Shown: positions 9,095-19,780, numbered from the stretch's first letter. The stretch is 58,604 nt of DNA from a virus (IMGVR_UViG_3300047557_000735:1-58604); one strand, 5' to 3'. Notes: generated by a model not told the origin, from the sequence alone. A program made the numbers and translations.

Positions 9095-10051
9095 ATGTGC
9101 TCATCATCACAACCTTCAGCACCTGAAAAACAAACAGTTACCCAAACTTCGATACCGGATTATGCCAAGCCGTATGTCGAAAAGATGTTGGGCAAAACAG
9201 AGGCGCTGGGCAACGCTCCTTACCAAGCATATCAAGGCGAACGGATTGCCGGGTTTACCCCCATGCAGCAACAGTCGCAGCAGGCAGCGGCAAACTTGGG
9301 GCCAGCCCAACAGTTGGGTGTTGGCACACAGATGGCAGGTCTTGCCGGTCTGGGCGCGATGGGTGCAGGTCAGCAGTACGCACAACAAGCCACCAACCCT
9401 TACTCCATGCAAGCGTACATGTCGCCTTACGTAGAAAACGCACTTGCTCCCCAGATGCGAGAAGCGACAAGACAGTCCGCTATGCTAGGTCAGCAGAACC
9501 AAGCACAGGCTGTACAACAGGGTGCGTTTGGTGGCTCACGTTCAGCCATTGTAGAAGCGGAGCGTCAGCGCAATCTGCAAAACCAGCTTGGCGATATCTA
9601 CGGCAGAGGTATGCAGTCAGCCTTTGAGCAGGCCCGTCAGGCACAGCAATTTGGATCTACGTTGGGGCTGCAAGGTTATCAAACCGCAGGTCAAATGGCG
9701 GGTACGTTGGGTCAGTTGGGGCAGACACAGTTTGGTCAGCAGCAGCAAGCGCTTCAAACGCAGGCTCAGATGGGTGCGCAGCAGCAGGCACTGGAGCAAC
9801 AACGTCTAGCCCAGCAGTATTCCGACTTTGCTTCTCAGCGCCAACATCCGTATCAACAGTTGGCATTTATGTCGGACATGCTGCGTGGTTTGCCACTTGC
9901 GCAATACTCACAGACAATGTATCAACAACCAATGTCACCGCTGGGAACAATAGCAGGCGCAGGGTTGACTTATATGGGTGGACAGAAGGCTGGCTATTTT
10001 GCAGATGGCGGCGTTACCGGGCTGGCTCTGTATAACATGAGCAAGGAATAA
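9095..10051 (+). CDS. Internal virion / DNA-transfer protein
   Basis: Q/G/A-rich, with YMSPY, GAFGGSR and C-terminal FADGG. Confidence 0.7.
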   Translation: MCSSSQPSAPEKQTVTQTSIPDYAKPYVEKMLGKTEALGNAPYQAYQGERIAGFTPMQQQSQQAAANLGPAQQLGVGTQMAGLAGLGAMGAGQQYAQQATNPYSMQAYMSPYVENALAPQMREATRQSAMLGQQNQAQAVQQGAFGGSRSAIVEAERQRNLQNQLGDIYGRGMQSAFEQARQAQQFGSTLGLQGYQTAGQMAGTLGQLGQTQFGQQQQALQTQAQMGAQQQALEQQRLAQQYSDFASQRQHPYQQLAFMSDMLRGLPLAQYSQTMYQQPMSPLGTIAGAGLTYMGGQKAGYFADGGVTGLALYNMSKE

Positions 10052-10053
10052 TC

Positions 10054-12315
10054 ATGATTCGTGATATCGGCGAAATTCAGGCGCTTGCCACAAAGTACAG
10101 CAAGCCACAGTTGGCGCGTATGGCTCAGATGGGTCTGATAGATCCTACAAAGGCCGTGATGGCTGGGATGATGATTGACCGCATCACTAAGTCAAACATG
10201 CAACCACCGCAAGCCACGGTTGCTGACGAAGCTTTGATGCCTGTGCAGATGATGAATCAGCCTAAGCCTGATATGCAAGCCATGCCAGCATCGCCGATGA
10301 TGCGCCCACAAATGCCGCCCACACAAACGCCGTCCACACAGATGTCGCCTACGCAAATGCCAGTTGCCCCGGCTGGCCTCGGCGGACTGCCTGCTACGCC
10401 CCAGCCCAACGCTGGTGTGGCAGCACTGCCTTCAGGTATTACTGAGATGGCTGGTGGTGGCATCGTTGCATTTGATGATGGTGGTGAAGTACCGGGGTAT
10501 GCTGGCGCTGAAGAAAGTGTAGTGCGTGCCAAGCCCGGCTATGGTCGAAGCTTTGAGTTCTTGCCGGTTTATGTTCCACCAAAAACTTCGCCGCCTCCTG
10601 CGCCGCCTCTTGCGTCAGATGCTGGTGAAGTGTTTTCTAATATAGGCACCGCGACATACAACCTTGGCAGGTCAGTGCTTGACCCAGTATCAGACTTTTT
10701 TGCACAGCCAACGTCGCGTGGTTCAGTTCTTCGCGTAGATCCTAATACTGGAAAACCTGTTTCGTTTGGTGAGTACATGCGCTTACAAGAGGCAGAGCGT
10801 AATGCTGCTGCTTTGCCGCAAGCCAATACAATACTTTCAAACGTAGCATCTAATCAGCCGCCGCTTGCCGATCAATCAACTCAATTTGTTGCAGCTACTG
10901 CGCCAGCAGCAGACAACCGTGCAGCAACAAGAGGTGGACGGTCTCGTAACACACGCACTAATACCAGACAGACTAATCGTGCGGTAGATACTACGCAGCA
11001 GGCATCACCAAACGCAAATCAAACGACGCCAACCACTTATTGGAACGACCCAACTACCGTTGCTAAGCAGGGGGATGTTAGTGCACAGGTAGAAAAAACT
11101 GTAACTGAGCCAACAGTAACAGAGCAGCCTTCTGGTATTGCAAGCATTGTGCCTAAGCGCCCTGATCCATTAACCATCGATCCAAATCTTGGTAAGTTTA
11201 CAGTTACTCCTCTGCCAGTTCCAAAGGAAAAAGGAATTAAAGACTTTTTGCTGGAGCAGAGAGAGGCGGCGAAAGAGGCTGGCGTAAACAATGATATTTA
11301 TAAAGATCTGATGAGAGATCTTGAGGGCAAGAAAGGCAAGCTTGGTGAGCGCAAGAAGGAAGCGTTTGGCAATGCAATCATGCAGACTGGTCTTGCGCTG
11401 CTTGGCGCTCGTCGCGGTCAAGAATTTGCGGTACTTGGTGAGGCAGGTCAGAAATCCTTGCAGAATCTGGTTCTTGCAAATGAGAAGATTCGTGAGACAG
11501 AAGACAAGATTGATGACGCTCGTCGTAGTCTGTTGCTGTCAGAAAACGATTACAAGCGCACTCTATCTGACAAAGCTCTTGAAAATGTGCAGAAGCACAG
11601 GGACAAGATTGAGAATCTGGAAAACAGAAATATTGAAAATCAAAATATTGCAAACCAAGAAATTGCAAAAATACAGGTTCAAAAATTTGGCAAGCAGGTT
11701 GATCTCCGTGGTCAAGATATACAGGGATACGGCTATGATCTTTCTGCTCAAACACAACTTGGCGTGGAAAAATCTCGTCGTACTGGCGCACTGGAAGTTG
11801 CAGAAAAACAAATGCAATCTCATCTAGAAGGAATTAGAGAGCAAAGCAGGTCTCATTTAGAGGGCATTAAACTACAGGGCAATAATCAGCTAGGTCTTGC
11901 TCATTTACAAGGTTATTACCAGCTTGCCGCAGAACGACTGCGAATTGCAGGTATGAACCGTCCCGGTGAGACTGAGCGAATGATGGCTGAGCATGACCGC
12001 ATTTTAAAAACGCAGGGGCCAGAAGCGGCTGAAAACTATATTAGACTTAAGGAACGTATTTCTGGTGCAGGAAAGCCACAAAACACATTCTCATACGAAG
12101 AGGCGATGAAGATCGTTGCTGCTAAACCGTCAAATATAAATGCTAGTCCGCAGGAACTAGCAAGACAGGCAAGAGAGTTGATGGCTACAGCACAGACAAC
12201 ACAACCCCCTCCGTCTAATGCTCCAGCAGTTGGTACTATTCAAGAGTGGGATGGTAAAAAGTGGCGATTTAAGGGTGGTGCAAATACCAAAGACAACTGG
12301 GAACAAGTTAGATAA
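10054..12315 (+). CDS. Internal virion / ejection protein
   Basis: 753 aa with MAGGGIVAF, low-complexity and coiled-coil segments. It lies between ejection genes. Confidence 0.65.
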   Translation: MIRDIGEIQALATKYSKPQLARMAQMGLIDPTKAVMAGMMIDRITKSNMQPPQATVADEALMPVQMMNQPKPDMQAMPASPMMRPQMPPTQTPSTQMSPTQMPVAPAGLGGLPATPQPNAGVAALPSGITEMAGGGIVAFDDGGEVPGYAGAEESVVRAKPGYGRSFEFLPVYVPPKTSPPPAPPLASDAGEVFSNIGTATYNLGRSVLDPVSDFFAQPTSRGSVLRVDPNTGKPVSFGEYMRLQEAERNAAALPQANTILSNVASNQPPLADQSTQFVAATAPAADNRAATRGGRSRNTRTNTRQTNRAVDTTQQASPNANQTTPTTYWNDPTTVAKQGDVSAQVEKTVTEPTVTEQPSGIASIVPKRPDPLTIDPNLGKFTVTPLPVPKEKGIKDFLLEQREAAKEAGVNNDIYKDLMRDLEGKKGKLGERKKEAFGNAIMQTGLALLGARRGQEFAVLGEAGQKSLQNLVLANEKIRETEDKIDDARRSLLLSENDYKRTLSDKALENVQKHRDKIENLENRNIENQNIANQEIAKIQVQKFGKQVDLRGQDIQGYGYDLSAQTQLGVEKSRRTGALEVAEKQMQSHLEGIREQSRSHLEGIKLQGNNQLGLAHLQGYYQLAAERLRIAGMNRPGETERMMAEHDRILKTQGPEAAENYIRLKERISGAGKPQNTFSYEEAMKIVAAKPSNINASPQELARQARELMATAQTTQPPPSNAPAVGTIQEWDGKKWRFKGGANTKDNWEQVR

Positions 12316-12326
12316 CAGGAGTTAAT

Positions 12327-15300
12327 ATGGCTGCACCAGCACCATGGGAAATGGATTGGTCCAAGAAGAAGGATGAAGATCGTCCGCCTTGGGAGCGCAA
12401 TTATGGCGCACCACCAGTTCCAACAAAGGCTCCTACCGCCCCCACTACGCTGCGTGACATAGGTGTGTCGGGTGCATCCGGATTTGTTGGTGCCACGAAA
12501 GCACTGACAGATGTGTTTGGTGCGGACAATGCTGCCAGCCAAGCTTTGGGCCAAGCTTCTACCAGCCTGCAAGAGATGTACACGCCTGAGCGTCGGCGCG
12601 AGATAGAGTACTACCAAGCAAAACAGCAAGAAGCTGCCAAGCGTGGCGACATTACTGGTGAGGTTGGTGCTGCGTTTGAGGGGATCAAAGCTGCGCCATT
12701 GCAGGGCACTGTGCAGGCGATTGGCTCACTGGTTCCTAACTTGGCTACGCTGCTCATCCCCGGTGCTGGTGAGGCTCGTGCGCTTCAGCTATCACGCGGC
12801 GCTATCAATACGGCTATCGGTATCATGCAAGGTACTGGTGCTGTCAAAGGTGCTATATACGAAGGCGTCAAGCAGGAGTTGATACAGAACGGTATGGACG
12901 AAGCTTCTGCTGCTCGTAAAGCGGAAGAAGCCCAACGGTATCTGGGGAAGAATGCTGACCAGATCTTGGCTGGTGCTGTAATTGGTTACGGCGCTGGTAG
13001 GCTTGGTGCAGAACAATTCCTCACCCCCGGCTCTCGTGCTGCCACGCGCAAGTTGGCAACGATTGGCACAGAGATGGGCACAGAGGCCATACAGGGCGGG
13101 CAAGAGCAACTGGCACAGAACATAGCCCTACAACGTCAGGGATTCAACGTTCCTACATTCCAAGGTGTGGCTGGTGCTGCAACACAGGAAGGTATTCTGG
13201 GTGCGCTGGGTGCTGGTCCAGTATCGCTTATCAGTGGTCGTCCGTCGCAGAAGGATGTGCCGGGGGCTCAGCCAGTAACTGATGCACAGGTGCCTTTACT
13301 ACTTGAAGGTAAGGGTGCGTTCGTGCCGGTGGGTCTGCCGGATGGTTCTGTAGCTATGACTCGCCAAGATCTGGCTAAGTACGAAGAAGAAAAGTTTAAA
13401 CAGAAGTATGCGCCGCAAGATATCGAGGGAAGAACTACAGTAGCTGCGCCGCCAGCCACACGCGCTATGCCAACTGAGTCTGGCCTAAGCTACGGCACGG
13501 CTACACAAGAGATAGAGTTGCTCAAGCGTCAACCACGCACGCCTGAGACAGACGCTCGCATCAAAGAACTCCAGCAGTACAAGATGGAGACTTTGACGGA
13601 TCAAATTAACGCATCAAAGCTTCCAGTCAGTCCTGAGTTAAAAGCGCTTCGTGAACAAATGGAACGTGGTGATATGACCTATGAGGGTCAGCAGCGCGTT
13701 ATAGACCAGATGCTTGCGGAGTTCTACTCGAGTCGCAAGGGATTTAAGGGCATAGAAAAAGAAGGCGTACCAAAAACTGAGGAAGAGCAAGAGCTTGCCG
13801 ACCTTAATGGATATGCCAGAGATTTATCAAAGGAATACAAATCTGTTACTGCAAAGAAGCTCAACACCGAACTTAAGCGGGCGCTGGCTGGCAAGCTGTT
13901 CCCCGAAGAGGTAGTCAGCGAGATTGGCGTTGAAAGAGAATATAAGTACTTGGCTGCACCCAAGGGTGTAAGGGGCAAGTTAATTGCCGACTTGGTACAC
14001 GACGGTATTCTGGATGAGTTTCTGCCTCCCAACATGCGTGCAGAGTCAGCTGGATTTGATGGGCAAGAGTCAGAGGAGTACATCAAAGATCTGCTGAGGA
14101 CAGAGCAATTCCGTCCATATGACGCACAAGTCCAAGCTCGGATACTGGGCGACAAATTGGGTGAGATTGATGCTCGCATTAAAGAGCTAACAGAATTACC
14201 TAAGCGCATGGCTGGCTTGTCACCAGAAGAGGTGCAAGCAGAGACAGATCGCCTTGCCCGTGAAGCTGGCTATCTGGGGCAGCCACGCGGTGAAGAAGTA
14301 TTGCAGCCTATAGAAGAGCCTGCCGCACAGCCGGTGGAGGATGAGTACTACCCGGACATGGGTCAGGCAGGTCTTGAGGCTGAGACTACGCCTGCGGTGG
14401 AAGAGTTTAAGGCTGCGGATCAAGCGTTCCAGCTTTCGCTCCAGCAGTACGAGGCGTTGACCCAGCAACTCAACAGTGTCCCACAAGGTGTACCCGGGAG
14501 AGAGGCTCTGGAGCAGCAGGTGGTGGAGGCTGAGCAGGTTGCTGTAGATAACCAGCAGAACCGTCAGGCTGCGTTTAATGCACTTAATGCTCGCGAGATC
14601 CAGCAGCTTCAGATGCCTGCGATGGGTGCTGCAACTCAGGAACAGGCTGCCCCAACTTTTGGTGTCCCTGCTGCGCAACAGGCTGCTCCCGGTGCTCCTC
14701 AACAACTGGGTGTACCACAGCGTGGTACCGCACTATCTGCGGCAGAGACTGACATCATAGAAGGCCAAGCGCGGGAAGTACGTGAGCCCGGCGCACCTGC
14801 TGGTATTGATGGACGTAAGCCCGGCACTGCTGTGTCCGCCAGAGAGACCGACATCATCGAAGGTCAGGCACGCGTCATCGATGAGGAGACTATTGCTCCT
14901 GTTGTGGCGCAACTTTCAGCACCAGAACAGCAGACACTGGCAGAGCATTATGGTGAGGAGGTAAACAGTCCCGGGTTCCTAGCCAAGGTACGTGAAGATA
15001 TTGTTAACTTCACTACCAAGGGTGCCCAGTCTGTTGCCGCGGCTATCCGTAATATCATCCGCAAGTTGCAGGCAGCGATACTGTCTGCTGCTGTCATCCT
15101 AAATCCCAACTACATCGGCCCCGGCTATCAGGTAGCTATCCCGCAGAACGTCACCACGGTTGAGCAGGTGCTGGCAAAGGTGCCAGAATCTGTGCGGGCA
15201 AGGATGTCCCCCGGTGCGCAGCAAGCGTATGCCAACATCATGCCTGCAATTCAGGCGGAGCTTCAGAAGAGCAACAAGCTATTTGTCCTGACCGACAAGC

Positions 15301-18300
15301 CCAACGCTCGGGTGTTTGTATTTGACTCCAACGGACAGCCCATCCTTGATAAGAAGGTGCTGCTGGGCTTGCAGACTGGGGACTACTACAAGGGTGATAC
15401 AGAAATCAAAGCCAATCGGTTTACGCCTGCTGGCCTGTTCACCATGGGGTTGCGTGATGCAAAGCGTGGCATTACTGAGACGGGCGGGAACGAAACCAAA
15501 ACCGCTGGAGATTATGACTTCGGTAAGGTGTTTGTGCTGGAGAAGGCAGCGCCTGATGGATCGTATTCCATCACCCTGTTCCATTCTGTCTACACCAAAA
15601 TGTCGGACGCACAAGCCCGGCAGAGAGCGCTGGCTAAGGACAGCGCAGAGGACTCACGCTATTCGTTCGGCTGCATCAACGTAGACAAAGAAACGTACAA
15701 GTTCCTGCTGGATAACTATGAGCAGCAGATGGATGGCGCAAAGTTGTTTATCGTGCCTGACAATCCAGACGCAACCATGGACTTTGTCCGTGGTAAAGCT
15801 GTGACTGCCGGTGACCTTCGCCGCCAAGCTGCTCCAGAGGTAACAAAAGAAGTTACCAAGACTGTACCCGGCACACCGTCTACTACGACTCCACGTACGG
15901 AGATGGCTGCCCGCAAGGAAGAGGATCAGGAAACAAGGGAGCGCGGCAAGTACATGCAGGCTAAGCCCGGTGAGAAGGGCATGTCCAAGGCTGCTGTGGA
16001 CAAGGCTGTGGATGGCATCAAATCTACGTGGAAGAACGCGCCTGACATCGAGGTAGTCCAGTCTTTAAGCGGGCTACCGCAAGAGCTACAGGATCAGGCT
16101 AAAGAAGACAAGGTCAACCCACGCGGGGTCTACGATCCAAATACGAAGAAGGTGTGGCTGGTTGCGGACAATATTCCTAATGACGCACAGGCTGCTATCA
16201 CCCTAGCACACGAAGCACTGGGTCACTTCGGCCTGCGTGTGGTGCTGGGTGCCAACTTCAAGCCGATGATGAACCAGATCTATGAGGGCAACAAGAATGT
16301 GCGTGACCGCGCAGATGCCTACATGGAAGAAGGTGTTGACAGAGAGACGGCTGTCGAGGAAGTGCTGTCTGAGATGGCGCAGGAGGTGTATGACACCCGC
16401 GTACCAGAGAGCAAGCTGAAGCCTACTCGCACCGCTTTACAAAAGGTAATGAATGCAGTCCGTCAGTTCTTGGCTCGTCTTGGTGTGCCCATTAAGACCA
16501 TTGATGATGCTGCTGTGCTGGCCCTTATTGCCAACGCCCGTCGTTCTGTGGTTCGCGGCGAAGGTGTTGCTGGTGAGATGGCTGGTGGCAAACCTTTGTA
16601 CAGCGCCAAGGAACGTATCGAGCGTGTAGCTCAGCGTATGAGCAGCAAGCGCCCTGAGATGGAGCGTGATGCGTTTAGCGACGTTGATGAGGGATTAGTT
16701 AACCGCCTGAAGGATGTCTTCTTCCCTGAGAACAAGACCATTGTTGACCGTATCAATGGCATGCGGGATAACTTCTGGAAGAAGCTTGCTCAAGGTGTGG
16801 CTGACCAGTACCGCTCCATCAAGGACTATACGGAAGAAGGCTACATGCTAGCCCGTATGTCCAAGACTATTGACGGTGCTCTCGAAGGTCTGCTGTTTAA
16901 CGGACAGGTAGCACTGACTGACGGCGCACTAGACATCAAGCAGAACACCAAGGGACTTGTACAAGTCATGGAGCCTGTGGGTAAAGAGGTTGACCGCTTC
17001 CAGATTTGGATGGCGCTCAATCGTGATGCCCAGCTTGTACGTCAGGGAAAGATCCCGTCTGTCGATCCCAAGCTTGTAGAGCGTGCCGGTGAGTTGGCTA
17101 ACGGCAAGATTGGTGGCAAATCTCGACTGGAAGTTTATGAGCAGGTTCGTAAAGATCTGAACGCGCTCAATCGTTCGGTGCTGGATATCGCAAGAAAGCA
17201 GGGGCTGATTGATGAAGAAGCCTACCAAGTGTTTGCCAACGACATCAACTACATCCCGTTCTACAAGGCTATGGAGGATGGTGATATACAAGGTGCTGCC
17301 ACCGCTTCCGGTCTGGCGCGTCAGGAGTTTTCGAAACAACTGAAGGGTGGAGAGAAGCCATTCGCTGACCTGATGGAAAATACCCTGCGCAACTGGAGCC
17401 ACATCCTGTCTGCGTCCATGAAGAACAAAGCGGCGAACGTCACGCTTGATGCTGCTATGGATATGGGTGCTGCCTACCCGAACTTGAAGGTTGGCTTCGA
17501 GTGGCGTGATGGCAAGGTCTACTCCGCCAAGTCGGGCGAGATGGTAGGCGACGGCAAGCTGAAGGCTGAATACACCACGCAGAAGGCTGGCATGGTTAAG
17601 ACCATGATCAACGGTAAGCCTGCGTACTTCGAGGTGGTAGACCCGCTGCTGCTGGATTCTATTAGCTCTATCGGCTACATGGGTCCGAAGTCTAAGTTCC
17701 TTGATGTGGCTAAAGACTTCAAGAACCTGCTCCAGTTTGGTGTCACCCTGTCTCCAGCGTTCAAGGTACGCAACCTGTTCCGTGATTCCATCTCAGCTAT
17801 GGCGGTGTCTGACCTCAAGCTCAGCCCGGTATCCAACGTGATCCGTGGATGGAATGCATCACGGGGAGATAATCCTGCACACATCTCAGCACTGGCTGGT
17901 GGTGCGATCTTTAACTTTGGTTCCTACTATGAGGGTGACCAGAGCCGTTTGATCAAGCGTCTGCTGAAGCAGGGCGTGAACCCAGACTCGATTCTGGATA
18001 CAGATGAGAAGATCAAGAAGGGTCTTACTGCTGCGTGGCGCAAGTATCAGGAGTGGGGCAACAAGTCTGAATCTGCTAACCGTATGGCGCTGTATCAGCA
18101 GATGCGTGACCGCGGCATGTCCCACCTCGAGGCATCGTTCTACGCACGGGATCTACTGGACTTCTCCATGCAAGGATCGTGGCCTGCCTTCCGTCTGGTA
18201 GCACAGGTAGTGCCGTTCCTGAATGCCCGCGTGCAGGGTCTGTACAAGCTAGGCCGGGATGGCGTGATACCTACCAGCCGGGTGATCTACAACACGGTGA

Positions 18301-19313
18301 CAGGCAAGCCCGTAGAGTTGACTGACAAGCAAAAGGCTCAGCAGTTCGGTACGGTGACAAGCGCAGTAGTGCTGGCATCGATGGCCTTGTACTTGATGTT
18401 CAAAGATGACGATGAGTTCCAGAAGCGTGAGGCATGGGACCGGGATAATTTCTGGTGGTTCAAGCTGCCCGGCATGGATGAGGCTCTGCGTGTACCTAAG
18501 CCATTCGAGATTGGCGCATTTGGTACCATGTCGGAGCGGGTGCTCGAGCAGATCGTTGATCAGGGCGCAGAGGGCAAGCAGTTTGAAGAAAGCTTCCGTC
18601 GCATGCTGGGAGATACGTTTGCTTTGAACCCAGTGCCACAGGTATTCAAGCCGCTGCTGGATCTGTACTCCAACAAGGATAGCTTTACCGGTGCGCCTAT
18701 TGAGACGGCTGGCATGGAGCGTCTATCCAAGCAGGAGCGGGCATCTGATACCACCAGCCCGTTGGCAAAGGCACTGGGCGGCGTCTCCAATATCTTTGCA
18801 TCTGTTGCTGGGGAGAAGACGGAACTGTCGCCTGCTCAAATTGACTATGCCATCAAGGCTTACCTTGGCTGGCTGGGTGGCACCATCACAGCGTCATCGC
18901 ACTATGCGGTCATGCCGTTCTCTAAGAGCGCATACCCTGACCATAACTGGACAGAGACTATGTCGCTGGGCTTTGTGAAGTCACTGCCCGCCACGCAGAG
19001 CCGGTACGTCACGGAGTTCTACCAGAACAGTAAGCAGATCTCTCAGGCTTATGCAGACATGCGCCACTATGCAGAGCTTGGTCAAGCAGAGAAGGTGGAT
19101 GAGATTCTTGCTGAGAAGGGTAATGAGATTGCGCTTGCAAAGTCTTACGACAAGGCTGCCAAGGATATGGCTAAGGTTCGTCAGGCCATCTCGTTTATTC
19201 GTAACGATGAGAACATGTCCGGGTCTGAGAAGAAAGAAGAGATTGACCGCCTGAAACTGCTGATCGATGAGATCGCCAAGCAGATGGAGACCGTGCGCAA
19301 AGAGCTAAAGTGA
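12327..19313 (+). CDS. Large polyvalent ejection protein with L,D-transpeptidase-like, zincin-like and LPD38-like regions
   Basis: 2328 aa. H(15582)...SFGC(15672)INV; HEALGH at 16209-16226; C-terminal RDNFWWF...RVPKPFEIG. Confidence 0.8.
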   Translation: MAAPAPWEMDWSKKKDEDRPPWERNYGAPPVPTKAPTAPTTLRDIGVSGASGFVGATKALTDVFGADNAASQALGQASTSLQEMYTPERRREIEYYQAKQQEAAKRGDITGEVGAAFEGIKAAPLQGTVQAIGSLVPNLATLLIPGAGEARALQLSRGAINTAIGIMQGTGAVKGAIYEGVKQELIQNGMDEASAARKAEEAQRYLGKNADQILAGAVIGYGAGRLGAEQFLTPGSRAATRKLATIGTEMGTEAIQGGQEQLAQNIALQRQGFNVPTFQGVAGAATQEGILGALGAGPVSLISGRPSQKDVPGAQPVTDAQVPLLLEGKGAFVPVGLPDGSVAMTRQDLAKYEEEKFKQKYAPQDIEGRTTVAAPPATRAMPTESGLSYGTATQEIELLKRQPRTPETDARIKELQQYKMETLTDQINASKLPVSPELKALREQMERGDMTYEGQQRVIDQMLAEFYSSRKGFKGIEKEGVPKTEEEQELADLNGYARDLSKEYKSVTAKKLNTELKRALAGKLFPEEVVSEIGVEREYKYLAAPKGVRGKLIADLVHDGILDEFLPPNMRAESAGFDGQESEEYIKDLLRTEQFRPYDAQVQARILGDKLGEIDARIKELTELPKRMAGLSPEEVQAETDRLAREAGYLGQPRGEEVLQPIEEPAAQPVEDEYYPDMGQAGLEAETTPAVEEFKAADQAFQLSLQQYEALTQQLNSVPQGVPGREALEQQVVEAEQVAVDNQQNRQAAFNALNAREIQQLQMPAMGAATQEQAAPTFGVPAAQQAAPGAPQQLGVPQRGTALSAAETDIIEGQAREVREPGAPAGIDGRKPGTAVSARETDIIEGQARVIDEETIAPVVAQLSAPEQQTLAEHYGEEVNSPGFLAKVREDIVNFTTKGAQSVAAAIRNIIRKLQAAILSAAVILNPNYIGPGYQVAIPQNVTTVEQVLAKVPESVRARMSPGAQQAYANIMPAIQAELQKSNKLFVLTDKPNARVFVFDSNGQPILDKKVLLGLQTGDYYKGDTEIKANRFTPAGLFTMGLRDAKRGITETGGNETKTAGDYDFGKVFVLEKAAPDGSYSITLFHSVYTKMSDAQARQRALAKDSAEDSRYSFGCINVDKETYKFLLDNYEQQMDGAKLFIVPDNPDATMDFVRGKAVTAGDLRRQAAPEVTKEVTKTVPGTPSTTTPRTEMAARKEEDQETRERGKYMQAKPGEKGMSKAAVDKAVDGIKSTWKNAPDIEVVQSLSGLPQELQDQAKEDKVNPRGVYDPNTKKVWLVADNIPNDAQAAITLAHEALGHFGLRVVLGANFKPMMNQIYEGNKNVRDRADAYMEEGVDRETAVEEVLSEMAQEVYDTRVPESKLKPTRTALQKVMNAVRQFLARLGVPIKTIDDAAVLALIANARRSVVRGEGVAGEMAGGKPLYSAKERIERVAQRMSSKRPEMERDAFSDVDEGLVNRLKDVFFPENKTIVDRINGMRDNFWKKLAQGVADQYRSIKDYTEEGYMLARMSKTIDGALEGLLFNGQVALTDGALDIKQNTKGLVQVMEPVGKEVDRFQIWMALNRDAQLVRQGKIPSVDPKLVERAGELANGKIGGKSRLEVYEQVRKDLNALNRSVLDIARKQGLIDEEAYQVFANDINYIPFYKAMEDGDIQGAATASGLARQEFSKQLKGGEKPFADLMENTLRNWSHILSASMKNKAANVTLDAAMDMGAAYPNLKVGFEWRDGKVYSAKSGEMVGDGKLKAEYTTQKAGMVKTMINGKPAYFEVVDPLLLDSISSIGYMGPKSKFLDVAKDFKNLLQFGVTLSPAFKVRNLFRDSISAMAVSDLKLSPVSNVIRGWNASRGDNPAHISALAGGAIFNFGSYYEGDQSRLIKRLLKQGVNPDSILDTDEKIKKGLTAAWRKYQEWGNKSESANRMALYQQMRDRGMSHLEASFYARDLLDFSMQGSWPAFRLVAQVVPFLNARVQGLYKLGRDGVIPTSRVIYNTVTGKPVELTDKQKAQQFGTVTSAVVLASMALYLMFKDDDEFQKREAWDRDNFWWFKLPGMDEALRVPKPFEIGAFGTMSERVLEQIVDQGAEGKQFEESFRRMLGDTFALNPVPQVFKPLLDLYSNKDSFTGAPIETAGMERLSKQERASDTTSPLAKALGGVSNIFASVAGEKTELSPAQIDYAIKAYLGWLGGTITASSHYAVMPFSKSAYPDHNWTETMSLGFVKSLPATQSRYVTEFYQNSKQISQAYADMRHYAELGQAEKVDEILAEKGNEIALAKSYDKAAKDMAKVRQAISFIRNDENMSGSEKKEEIDRLKLLIDEIAKQMETVRKELK

Positions 19314-19592
19314 CTTGTGGTGTAGCTCTATGGTCATCGCCATCAGATCCCACTCGGTGAGTTTGTATCGTGTATAAAACCCCCTGCTACCTAACCCATG
19401 GTATCCGGAAGGACCGACATGGTGCTCAGGGCACAGGGGGATTACCAGCCAGTCTGACGCCTTCTGCGCCCCGCCTGCTGCGTCCCGTGGGTGATGCAGA
19501 ACGGCAGGGGTATATCCCTGATCAAGGTGGTGGCACATCACGCAACCTATACCAGCCACCTCATTCATATACTGCTTGATAGATTTACTCAA
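19305..19592 (-). CDS. Ref-like / HNH-type zinc nuclease
   Basis: GCVMC...LHH...VIPLCPEHH...GYH. Confidence 0.75.
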   Translation of the reverse strand: MSKSIKQYMNEVAGIGCVMCHHLDQGYTPAVLHHPRDAAGGAQKASDWLVIPLCPEHHVGPSGYHGLGSRGFYTRYKLTEWDLMAMTIELHHKSL

Positions 19593-19780
19593 TCAACCTC
19601 CTGCTCTTCTTTGTTGTGATAGTTATCCCAAATCTCTTGGGACACTTCGATAGTTATAAACTTATGTGAGCATACGCGGCATATACGGTTGCGGCGTACA
19701 AAGTCGAATGCTCCGCTCACATCCTGATACTTCCTGCTGTCTATTGTTTTTGTTCCGCCGTCACACTCAGGGCACCACAT
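19589..19780 (-). CDS. Stand-alone NrdR-like N-terminal zinc ribbon protein
   Basis: MWCPEC...T.TIDSR...RRNRICRVC..KFITIE matches the NrdR Zn-ribbon pattern. There is no ATP cone. Confidence 0.75.
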   Translation of the reverse strand: MWCPECDGGTKTIDSRKYQDVSGAFDFVRRNRICRVCSHKFITIEVSQEIWDNYHNKEEQEVD

